Positions 19,280-27,051 of a stretch of DNA of 32,872 nucleotides are shown piece by piece; position 1 is the stretch's first letter; the number at the start of each line of letters is the position of its first letter. The translations under genes and the position numbers were made by a program. The DNA lies in assembly GCA_963778655.1 (NCBI GenBank), contig CAVZVA010000006.1:1-32872 (forward strand), written 5' to 3'. The notes below the pieces were generated by a model, which was not told where the DNA came from, did no database searches, and saw nothing but the letters and a program-made list of their open reading frames with translations. The stretch is from an uncultured delta proteobacterium. Its GTDB lineage: Bacteria > Myxococcota_A > Polyangia > Polyangiales > JAFGIB01.

Positions 19280-20013
19280 AGCGGACGGCGCTCGGATTGT
19301 TGCTGGTGCTTGGCGCGCTGTTCCCGGCGGGCGCGCGCGCGTTCTCTGATCCCGAAGCCTTCGGCAACCCGGTGGAAGACGCGGGCGGCGGCGGGCGCTG
19401 GTTCACCGGCTCGGCAGCCGACGGCTACACCTGCAAGGTCTGCCACCGCGGCGCGCCCAGCCCCAGTCTCGAGATCCTCGGCTTGCCGCTGGAGGGCTAT
19501 CTGCCGGGCATTTCCTACGAGATCACGATCGACTGGCCAGACACGCTGGAGAATGCCGCGCTCACCGCCGAGATCACCAACGGCCAGGGCACGCGCGCCG
19601 GATCGTTGCGCTTGCCGCCGCAGAACGAGCTGCGCGAAGAAGAGCTGTGCCTGCCGGTCGGTGCCGGTCTGGGTGCGGGCGAGGTGGTGGAGCTACCGAC
19701 GCGCAGCGTGCTGTCGGTGCCCGACTGCGGAGCGCGCCGGGTGCGCATGCTGTGGACGGCACCGGTGCAAGACGAAGGACCGGTGTGGTTCAGCGGCTCG
19801 CTGGTGAGCGCAGATGCGCACGGCGACGTCGAAGGCGACGGCGTGCGCGATTTCGCGCACGTGATCGGCTCCCCGTCCGCGCCGGACGCGCTCTCGGCCA
19901 AGATCGCGAGCGGATGCACCGCGCTGCCGTCACGCCACGGCAGCCCCTGGCTCGCTGCGCTCGCTGCGCTCGCTCTGCTCGCCTGGCGCCGCAGGCGCCG
20001 AGCGCGAGGCTGA
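19276..20013 (+). CDS. Surface protein with CxxCH, Reeler-like beta domain and MYXO-CTERM-like sorting tail
   Basis: GTG start overlaps the previous stop (GTGA); signal peptide ending ARA; YTCKVCH; LWTAP...GPVWF; C-terminal SGC...PWLAALAALALLAWRRRRR. Confidence 0.72.
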   Translation: MKRTALGLLLVLGALFPAGARAFSDPEAFGNPVEDAGGGGRWFTGSAADGYTCKVCHRGAPSPSLEILGLPLEGYLPGISYEITIDWPDTLENAALTAEITNGQGTRAGSLRLPPQNELREEELCLPVGAGLGAGEVVELPTRSVLSVPDCGARRVRMLWTAPVQDEGPVWFSGSLVSADAHGDVEGDGVRDFAHVIGSPSAPDALSAKIASGCTALPSRHGSPWLAALAALALLAWRRRRRARG

Positions 20014-20036
20014 TCAGGCGGTCGGACCGCTTGCCC

Positions 20037-20477
20037 TCAGGGGCCATCGTCGTCAGGCTCGCCGCCAAAGCCGCCAAAGCCGCCTGCGTCGCCTGCATCC
20101 GCCGGATTGCCGGCATCCGCGGGGGGCACCGCGGCATCGCCCGGACCCGCAGCGCCGGCGTCGGCCAGGGGCATGTCGTCGGGAGGCTCGCCCATGTCCA
20201 CGGGGCCACCGCCCGCACCCGCCAGCCCGTTCATCTGCGGCGCTCCGCCCGCGTCCGGCGCGACCATGGGCTGCTGGCCCGGAGCAAGCCCGGTGTTTGC
20301 CGCGCTGGTGTCCGCAAGCGCGCTGCCCGCGCCACCCGTGCCCTGCACCGCCGCCGCCGCGCCCGGAATCACCGTGCCGGTGACGGGCGGGCTCGGCATC
20401 TTCTGTGCGCTGCAGCCCCACAACAATGCGCCGGCCGCGAGCAGGCAGCTGGACGATACGATTCTCCCGAAAAGCAT
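20037..20477 (-). CDS. Small low-complexity (disordered) lipoprotein
   Basis: GGGAGA RBS; LWGC lipobox; Gly/Ala/Pro/Asp-rich with repeated DAG. Confidence 0.6.
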   Translation of the reverse strand: MLFGRIVSSSCLLAAGALLWGCSAQKMPSPPVTGTVIPGAAAAVQGTGGAGSALADTSAANTGLAPGQQPMVAPDAGGAPQMNGLAGAGGGPVDMGEPPDDMPLADAGAAGPGDAAVPPADAGNPADAGDAGGFGGFGGEPDDDGP

Positions 20478-20648
20478 GGCTGGTCTCCCGCGGTGCCTGC
20501 AAAGAAGAGGGAGGCAGCCGCACCGCACTCCGTAATGCCCTCTGGCCGCGCTTTCCTTCGCACCGCAGGCAATTTTTTTCGCGTCGTGGCGGCGGCCGGA
20601 CGGGCTCCCGGGCGCGGGCGCCTGCGCGGGTCGGGCCCCGCGCGTCCA

Positions 20649-20731
20649 GCTCTAAATCAGAGCTCGCGATCGGGATCGAAGCACAAGCTCTGATTTCTCC
20701 TTTGATTGTCAGGGAGTCGCGCCGACTCCCT
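20649..20731 (-). repeat. Double-hairpin intergenic repeat, copy 1
   Basis: Its reverse complement matches 26241-26324 with 3 substitutions and 1 indel. Confidence 0.9.
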
Positions 20732-20870
20732 GCGCGCGAGGCAAAGCCTCGCGCATTCACCCTCTCGCGGTGGTGCGGCATCGGCCGCACCGCTACATGA
20801 CCGATCGGCATGGCCGTTCCCGAATCGTGATCGGTCATTGAGTCCCGTGCGCGTGGGCGGCGCGGTGGCG

Positions 20871-21161
20871 CTAGCCGGCCGCGTGGGCGGGCAGGCGATC
20901 GATCGGCCCCGAGCGCACCACGTGCGCGTGGGCCAACGCCTGGGCGTCGGGATAGTCGTGGTGATGACCGTGCGAGCGCGTCTGCTTCCACATCGCGATC
21001 GCCACCCAGGGCGTGAACACGACGATCACCGGCAGCGCGCACAGCGCGGTCAACGCCAGAGCCGCTGTCGCGAACAGCCCGAGCAGCAGCGTGCTCGCGG
21101 CTGCCAGGCCCAAGCGCAACGGTCGAGAAATCGGTCGTACCTCTGCAAGCTGCGTGGTCAT
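20871..21161 (-). CDS. Small membrane protein with His-rich tail
   Basis: AGGAG RBS; long hydrophobic stretch LGLAAASTLLLGLFATAALALTALCALPVIVVFTPWVAIAMW; SHGHHH. Confidence 0.55.
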   Translation of the reverse strand: MTTQLAEVRPISRPLRLGLAAASTLLLGLFATAALALTALCALPVIVVFTPWVAIAMWKQTRSHGHHHDYPDAQALAHAHVVRSGPIDRLPAHAAG

Positions 21162-21354
21162 GGCTTCTTCTCCTGCGCGAAGTCGAGCCGCCTGCGGCGC
21201 AGGCGTATCGGCCTCGCGCGCCTTTGCTATTGCCCCCCGATGCCGCGAGCCGAACGGCTCGCAAGCTCTACTTATATCGATGGATCTCCGGCGCGGCTTG
21301 TCAAGCGCAACGGCCGCATCCAGTCGATCGGCTCGAGCATGCCCACCGAATAGA

Positions 21355-21585
21355 CCGCTCGTTCCGTCCGTGGCCGACGGCCTGCTCACTGGCATGCACG
21401 AGGACGGCAGCAGCCACTTCGCGCTGCTGCAGGCGTTCGCACCGCGCGCGCTGCTGCGGCGCGCGCGTGCGCACGCGACGCGCGCGGGCTACCTGCAGCA
21501 CGAGCTCGGCGCCCGGTGCCTGTCTCTGCCCGCAAGGCCGCGCGCGCACGCGAGCTCTGCATCAGGCCGTCAGGCGCGGGCCTGA
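21355..21585 (+). pseudogene. C-terminal remnant of a QueA-like (SAM:tRNA ribosyltransferase-isomerase family) gene
   Basis: VADGLLTGMHEDGSSHFALLQAFA...GYLQHELGARCL matches the end of QueA-like proteins; nothing upstream resembles the rest of the protein. Confidence 0.6.
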
Positions 21586-22274
21586 TCGTGTGGTCGCTCG
21601 GCCGCGATCTTGCGCAGGAACGCGGCCAGGTCGATGCCGTCGGCGCCGTCGAAGCTCTCGTCGAGCAGGGTCAGCTCGCGCATGCGGTCGGGCCGGAAGT
21701 TGCGGTAGTCGCGGCGCAGCTCACAGTAGGCGGCCAGCGACCACTTGGCGCCCCAGAAGTAGAGGCCGAGCGGGCGCGCGGCGCGCTCGCTCGCGGCCTC
21801 CTGCGCATCGGTGTAACGGAAGCGAACCTTGCGCTGCTCGGTGATCGCCTGCCGCAGCACGTCGAGCTCGCGCACCAGCTCCTGCGTCCACGGGCCCGCC
21901 GGCGCGTACAGCGCCGTGCGCGACAGCAGCGCTCGCAGCGGCTCGGGCAGCACGGCTTCCACCTTCGTGATCGCGCGGCGCGCGGCCTGCGCCAGCGCCT
22001 CCCCGCCCCAGGCCTGCACCATGCGCGCGCCCAGCACCAGCGCCTCGATCTCGTCGGTGTTGAAGGTCGGCGGCGGCAATTCGTACCCGGGGCGCAACCG
22101 GTATCCGACGCCCGGCTCGCCTTCGATCGGCACCCCGCTGACCACCAGATCGCGTACATCGCGATAGACGGTGCGCGGGGAGACGGCCAGCTCGCTGCCG
22201 AGATCGGCTGCGGTGTAGAAGCGTCGTGCACGCAGCAATTGCACGAGCTGAAACAGGCGGTCGGCCCTGCGCAC
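21570..22274 (-). CDS. YafY/DriD-type HTH-WYL transcriptional regulator
   Basis: RRADRLFQLVQLLR, VSPRTVYRDV, IEGEPGVGYRL and WSLAAYCELRRDYRNFRPDRM. Confidence 0.93.
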   Translation of the reverse strand: MRRADRLFQLVQLLRARRFYTAADLGSELAVSPRTVYRDVRDLVVSGVPIEGEPGVGYRLRPGYELPPPTFNTDEIEALVLGARMVQAWGGEALAQAARRAITKVEAVLPEPLRALLSRTALYAPAGPWTQELVRELDVLRQAITEQRKVRFRYTDAQEAASERAARPLGLYFWGAKWSLAAYCELRRDYRNFRPDRMRELTLLDESFDGADGIDLAAFLRKIAAERPHDQARA

Positions 22275-22325
22275 CGGCGCAGCATACACCGCCCGGCCGA
22301 AAGAGGGCCCGGAGCGCTCGGGATC

Positions 22326-22427
22326 ACAGGAAGACGGGAAGACCTGCCACGTCGATCGGGAGTTGCGGGCCCTGGCTGGCGATCGTCGGGGCAACCGCCG
22401 GACCTTCCCGTCTTCCCGACTTCCTGT
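22326..22427. repeat. Intergenic element bounded by 18-bp inverted repeats made of 8-bp (ACGGGAAG-like) units
   Basis: Left arm ACAGGAAGACGGGAAGAC; right arm reverse complement ACAGGAAGTCGGGAAGACGGGAAG. Confidence 0.65.
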
Positions 22428-22499
22428 TTCACGGCGCCGCAATTCCCTCTCGGGCAGCACCGCCGTGACAACCCCGAAACAGTCTTGCGATCTGCGGTG

Positions 22500-22847
22500 C
22501 TACCGCTGCATCAGCCCGATCACATGGCCCTCGGGGTCCGCGATCGCCGCGATCGAGAGATCGGGCAACTTGGTGATCGGCATGGCCAGCTTGCCGCCCA
22601 TCTTCTCGGCGCGTTTGATGGTCGACTCGAGGTCGGCCACCTGGACGTAGAACGTGACCCAGCCCTTGCCGTCCTGCGCCTTGCCCACGCCGCCACCGAG
22701 ACCGGTGTCGGCCTGCTTGGTCATGCCGTAGTCCATGCCCGGGTCGGGCGCGAGCTCGAACGTCCACTGGAACAGCTCGCCGTAGAAGCCGCGTAGCTTG
22801 GCTGCGTCCTTGCCCAACACCTCGAACCACTCGACTTTGTTCGCCAT
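22500..22847 (-). CDS. VOC (glyoxalase/bleomycin resistance) family protein
   Basis: VEWFEV...FYGELFQW, VTFYVQVADLE and ADPEGHVIGL; AAGGAG RBS. Confidence 0.92.
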   Translation of the reverse strand: MANKVEWFEVLGKDAAKLRGFYGELFQWTFELAPDPGMDYGMTKQADTGLGGGVGKAQDGKGWVTFYVQVADLESTIKRAEKMGGKLAMPITKLPDLSIAAIADPEGHVIGLMQR

Positions 22848-22908
22848 CGACTTTCTCCTTGTGGGAACGCGCGTCTCGCGCGCCAGCCGCTGGTGTACGC
22901 GAGCCCCC

Positions 22909-22968
22909 CTGACAGCATCGTGTCAGCAGGAAAGAAGCGGCCCGCCCCTGCTGACAACGCGGTGGCAA
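22909..22968. promoter_or_regulatory. Tandem palindromic operator CTGACA-N6-TGTCAG, candidate WYL regulator site
   Basis: Perfect palindrome at 22909-22926 and a degenerate copy CTGACA-N6-TGGCAA at 22951-22968, both upstream of the VOC-WYL genes. Confidence 0.65.
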
Positions 22969-23327
22969 CAAGTCGCCGCCCGAACCGGCCGGGGTGCGAA
23001 GAGCCGGTCCCGCCCGCTCCGGGTCACCCCACGTGTTGCAGGCGGGACACCGACTCGAATCTCAATCGAAATCTGCAACCGGCGGCCCGCGTGCGGCCCA
23101 GGAGACGTGCGCGCGGCCGGAGCTCGGATCGTAGGCAAAATTGCGGAGAAATCGTCGAATTGGACGGCGTGCCCGGCTAGCCGCGGCGGCCTTCGCGGCG
23201 TCCGGCGAGCCCGGGCGAAATGCCACACGATACCGTCCTGCGCGCAGATGGAAATCTGCTCGAAATATGACTCCGCTACGACGGCGATCGGACCTGAGAG
23301 GCTCCCCGGGGAGCAGAAGGAAGAACG

Positions 23328-24794
23328 ATGATCAGCGGACCTGCATCCGACCCACGAAAAGCGCGCGTAGGCCTGACGTGCACCCTGCTGACCGCAGCGC
23401 TTGTCCTCGTGCCGGCATTGGCGATGGCCGAGGACGCTCCGCTTACCATGGCGGACGTCGCCGCCAAGCTAGACGCCAACAAGATGATGATGGACACCGT
23501 GTGGACCTTGATCGCAGCCATGCTGGTGTTCTTCATGAACGCGGGCTTCGCGTTGCTCGAGGCTGGTCTGTGCCGCGCCAAGAACGCCAGCACGATCCTC
23601 GGCAAGAACTTCATCGTGTTCGCCGCGGCGACCGTCGCGTTCTGGCTGCTCGGCTTCAACCTGATGTTCGCCGACGGAAACTCGCTCATCGGCGGCTTCG
23701 GTTTCATGCTAATGGACAACGCGAAGTACAGCTCGCTGTCCTGGACGGTGGTGCCGCTCGAATGCAAGTTCTTCTTCCAGCTGGTGTTCGCGGGCACGGC
23801 CGCGACCATCGTCTCGGGCTGCGTGGACGAGCGCAACAAGTACCTCTCGTTCATCATCTTCTCGGTGCTCTTGACCGCCGTCGTGTACTCGATTCCGGGT
23901 CACTGGATCTGGGGCGGCGGCTGGCTGGCCTCGCAGGGCTTCTTCGACTTCGCGGGCTCGACCGTGGTGCACTCGGTGGGCGGCTGGGCCGGCCTCGCTG
24001 GCATCATCGTGATCGGCCCGCGGCTCGGTCGCTACAAGGATGGCAAGGTCCACGCGATCCCCGGACACTCGATGCACATGGCCACCCTCGGCACCCTGAT
24101 CCTCTGGCTCGGCTGGTTCGGGTTCAATCCAGGGTCCACCATGGCGGCCGACGGTCCGGCCATCGCACACATCGCAATGACCACCAACCTCGCGGCTGCG
24201 ATGGGCGCGATCGCAGCGACCTTCACCGCCTGGGTGATGCTGGGCAAGCCCGACATCACGATGACCCTGAACGGCTGCCTCGCAGGTCTAGTCGCCATCA
24301 CCTGTCCGTGCGCATTTGTGACGGCCGGCGGCTCGTTCTGGATCGGCGGCATCGCCGGGGTGCTCGCGGTGCTCGCGGTCCCGTTCTGGGACAAGCTGCG
24401 GCTCGACGATCCGGTCGGCGCGCTCAGCGTGCACCTGGTCAACGGCGTGTGGGGCACGCTCTCGCTCGGCCTGTTTGCGGCGCCTGGCTTTGCGGGCGGC
24501 GACGCGCAGCCGGGCCTGGGTCTGCTCTACGGCGGCGGTATCAAGCAGCTGGTGGCGCAGGGCATCGGCGTGGTCGCGGCCGGCGCCTTCACCTTCTTCG
24601 CGAGCCTGGCGCTGTGGTACCTGCTCAAGGCCACCCTGGGCGTGCGCGTCAAGCCGGAGGAGGAGATCGAGGGTCTCGACCTGCACGAGATCGGCGTGCT
24701 GGCGTACAATCCGGACGCGCTCGCGGGCGGAACCCATGCGGCACCCGAGGCGCTCGCGTCGGCCGCCGCCGCCACCGCCGTGGCGACCGAGTAG
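23328..24794 (+). CDS. amt: Ammonium transporter
   Basis: FFMNAGFALLEAG, FFFQLVFA, DFAGSTVVHSVGG, WFGFNPGS, NGCLAGLVAIT and DDPVGALSVHLVNG (twin His present). Confidence 0.97.
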   Translation: MISGPASDPRKARVGLTCTLLTAALVLVPALAMAEDAPLTMADVAAKLDANKMMMDTVWTLIAAMLVFFMNAGFALLEAGLCRAKNASTILGKNFIVFAAATVAFWLLGFNLMFADGNSLIGGFGFMLMDNAKYSSLSWTVVPLECKFFFQLVFAGTAATIVSGCVDERNKYLSFIIFSVLLTAVVYSIPGHWIWGGGWLASQGFFDFAGSTVVHSVGGWAGLAGIIVIGPRLGRYKDGKVHAIPGHSMHMATLGTLILWLGWFGFNPGSTMAADGPAIAHIAMTTNLAAAMGAIAATFTAWVMLGKPDITMTLNGCLAGLVAITCPCAFVTAGGSFWIGGIAGVLAVLAVPFWDKLRLDDPVGALSVHLVNGVWGTLSLGLFAAPGFAGGDAQPGLGLLYGGGIKQLVAQGIGVVAAGAFTFFASLALWYLLKATLGVRVKPEEEIEGLDLHEIGVLAYNPDALAGGTHAAPEALASAAAATAVATE

Positions 24795-24888
24795 ACTGCG
24801 TCTGTTGGAGCCGGGCACGCGCAGCTCTGACGCGTGCCGGCTCCGCCCCATCTGGCTCGACTCGAGCCTTCCCACTTCGAGCTTGGCT

Positions 24889-26241
24889 GTGACACGTTGG
24901 CTCTCCCTTTCGCTTCTGGCGGTGTTTTCCGTGGCCTCACCCGCGTTCGCATCCGGCGGCGCGGGCGGCGACCACGCCGACCCGGTGGCGTCGGTGGTGC
25001 TGGCCCTCGGGCTGGTGCTGGTAGCCGCCAAGATCGGCGGCGACCTGGCGGTGCGGCTGGGTCAGCCGTCGGTGCTGGGCGAGCTTGTGTTCGGTGTGCT
25101 GCTGGGCAACCTGTCGCTGGTCGGGGTGCACGCCCTGGACTGGATCAAGGACGACGCGTCGATCGACATGCTGGCGCGTCTGGGCGTGATCATCCTGCTG
25201 TTCGAGGTCGGCCTCGAATCGACGATCGGACAGATGATGAAGGTCGGGCTGTCGTCGTTCATGGTGGCCACGGTCGGGGTGATCACGCCGTTCGGGTTGG
25301 GCTGGGCGGCCTCGTCCTGGCTGCTGCCGCACGAGAGCGTATACGTGCACGCCTTCCTCGGCGCCGCGCTGACCGCGACCAGCGTGGGCATCACGGCGCG
25401 CGTGCTCAAGGATCTCGATCGCTCGCAGAGCGACGAAGCGCGCATCATCCTGGGCGCGGCGGTGATCGACGACGTGATGGGTCTGGTGGTGCTGGCGGTA
25501 GTCACCGGCGTGATCGCCGCGGCCGACAACGGCACCGAGCTGGCGGGGCTCGACGTCGTGCTCACGCTGGTCAAGGCGGTGGGCTTTCTGGTGGGGTCGC
25601 TGCTGATCGGCATCAGCCTCTCGCCGCGCGTGTTCGCCTTGGCGTCCCAGCTGCGGGCGCGCGGGGTGCTGCTGGCGGTGGGGCTGGCCTTCTGCTTCGT
25701 GCTGTCGTGGCTGGCGAGCGCGATCGGGCTGGCCCCGATCGTGGGCGCATTCGCGGCCGGACTGATCCTCGAGCAAGTGCACTATCGGGACTTCACCGAC
25801 CGCGGCGAGCACCAGCTCGAGGAGCTGGTGCAGCCGATCTCGTCGTTCCTGGTGCCGGTCTTCTTCGTGCTTATGGGCATGCGCACCGAGCTCGCCTCAT
25901 TTGGCCAGCCGGGGGTGCTCGGCCTGGCCGCGGCCCTGATCGTCGCGGCGGTGGTGGGCAAGCAGGCCTGCTACTTCGGGGTGATCGGCAAGGGCATCGA
26001 TCGCCTCAGCGTGGGCATCGGCATGATCCCGCGGGGCGAGGTCGGGTTGATCTTCGCCAACATCGGCATGGCGCTGACGGTCAAAGGCGAGCGCGTGGTG
26101 AACTCGGCCGCGTACTCGGCCGTGGTCGTGATGGTGATCGTGACCACCATGGTGACTCCGCCCGCGCTCAAGTGGAGCCTCAACCGCAGGGCGCTGCAGC
26201 CGGCGCCGCCCGCCGAAGCCGAAGCCAAGGCCCACCCCTGA
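24889..26241 (+). CDS. Cation:proton antiporter, CPA2 (NapA-like)
   Basis: QPSVLGEL, LLFEVGLES, TATSVGIT, AAVIDDV, FLVPVFFV and GMIPRGEVG. Confidence 0.93.
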   Translation: MTRWLSLSLLAVFSVASPAFASGGAGGDHADPVASVVLALGLVLVAAKIGGDLAVRLGQPSVLGELVFGVLLGNLSLVGVHALDWIKDDASIDMLARLGVIILLFEVGLESTIGQMMKVGLSSFMVATVGVITPFGLGWAASSWLLPHESVYVHAFLGAALTATSVGITARVLKDLDRSQSDEARIILGAAVIDDVMGLVVLAVVTGVIAAADNGTELAGLDVVLTLVKAVGFLVGSLLIGISLSPRVFALASQLRARGVLLAVGLAFCFVLSWLASAIGLAPIVGAFAAGLILEQVHYRDFTDRGEHQLEELVQPISSFLVPVFFVLMGMRTELASFGQPGVLGLAAALIVAAVVGKQACYFGVIGKGIDRLSVGIGMIPRGEVGLIFANIGMALTVKGERVVNSAAYSAVVVMVIVTTMVTPPALKWSLNRRALQPAPPAEAEAKAHP

Positions 26242-26324
26242 GGGAGTCGGCGCGACTCCCTGACAATCAAAGGAGAAATCAGAGTTTGTGATTCGATCCC
26301 GAATCGCGAGCTCTGATCTAGAGC
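26241..26324 (+). repeat. Double-hairpin intergenic repeat, copy 2
   Basis: Hairpin AGGGAGTCG-gcg-CGACTCCCT, then a linker, then an 18-bp stem ATCAGAGTTTGTGATTCG-atcc-CGAATCGCGAGCTCTGAT. Confidence 0.9.
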
Positions 26325-26488
26325 ACCGAACATATTGAAACGTGTGCGAAGTCGGGGTCATGGCGGGATGCAGGGCGCGGGCGGGAGCCCGAAGGCGTAG
26401 TCCATCCTACGTCGAGCGGGGAGCGCGCGTGCCATGCGCCCGCGAGGGCCCCGAAATCGTGCGTGTTTCAATATGTTCGGTGCTCTAG
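26318..26488. mobile_element. MITE-like non-autonomous element (171 bp)
   Basis: Perfect 24-bp terminal inverted repeats CTAGAGCACCGAACATATTGAAAC (26318-26341 and 26465-26488), including terminal CTAG; no transposase ORF. Confidence 0.8.
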
Positions 26489-27001
26489 GGCTTGCCCGCA
26501 GCGACCGGTTCGAGGTCAGGCACGCTCTTGCCGGGCTGGCTGGGGATCTCGATGAAGCCGTGGCCGGAGGCCTGGTGGCAGCCGTTGCACGCGACCGATG
26601 CCGCGCCGAAGGCCTCCGAGAATTGCTGCGGGTTCTTGGCGGCGGCCGCGCGCTGCAGTGCCGCGGGCTGCGTCTTCAAGAAGGCCGCGGCCATGGCGGG
26701 CAGGCCCGCGGTCGGGCCTTCCTGGGGCAGCTCGGCCCGTGGCAGAATCCTGCTCGAACGCTTCCTGCAGCTCGCCGACCTCGAACGCGGCCAGCTCGAA
26801 GCGTCCGGCGACCACGGCACGGCCTGCGAGCTCGAAGCGGCGGCCGATCTCGCCCATGACCGCGCCGTAGCGCGGGCGCTCATCGTGCGCTGGCGCAGCG
26901 CGCTCCACCTCGCCGTGCGATCCGCCGGCCGCCTGCCGCGAACGCGCGCAACCGACGGCCAGCGCCGCCAACCCGGAGAGGAGCAGAATCAGGCACCGCA
27001 T
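26485..27001 (-). pseudogene. Lipoprotein monoheme cytochrome c (c'-like), split by a 1-bp frameshift near 26746
   Basis: MRCLILLLSGLAALAVGC...FEQD lies in one frame and LPRAELP...ACNGCHQASGHGFIEIP in the next; removing one T from GATTCTG joins them. Confidence 0.75.
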
Positions 27002-27051
27002 GACCCATTCTTCGCACCGCACGGCCGCACAGACAAGCCGGCCGCGCGGGC

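Noticed and set aside
19951..20085. Short tandem repeats CTCGCTGCG and GCCGCCAAA
   Set aside because: They simply encode LAA and GGF repeats within low-complexity protein ends.
21570..22274. WYL gene as a marker of an anti-phage defence island
   Set aside because: It is a short YafY-type regulator paired with a VOC gene, and no defence genes are recognisable nearby.
20649..26488. Repeats considered as a CRISPR array
   Set aside because: Only two dispersed inverted copies and one TIR pair; no regularly spaced repeat-spacer units and no cas genes.
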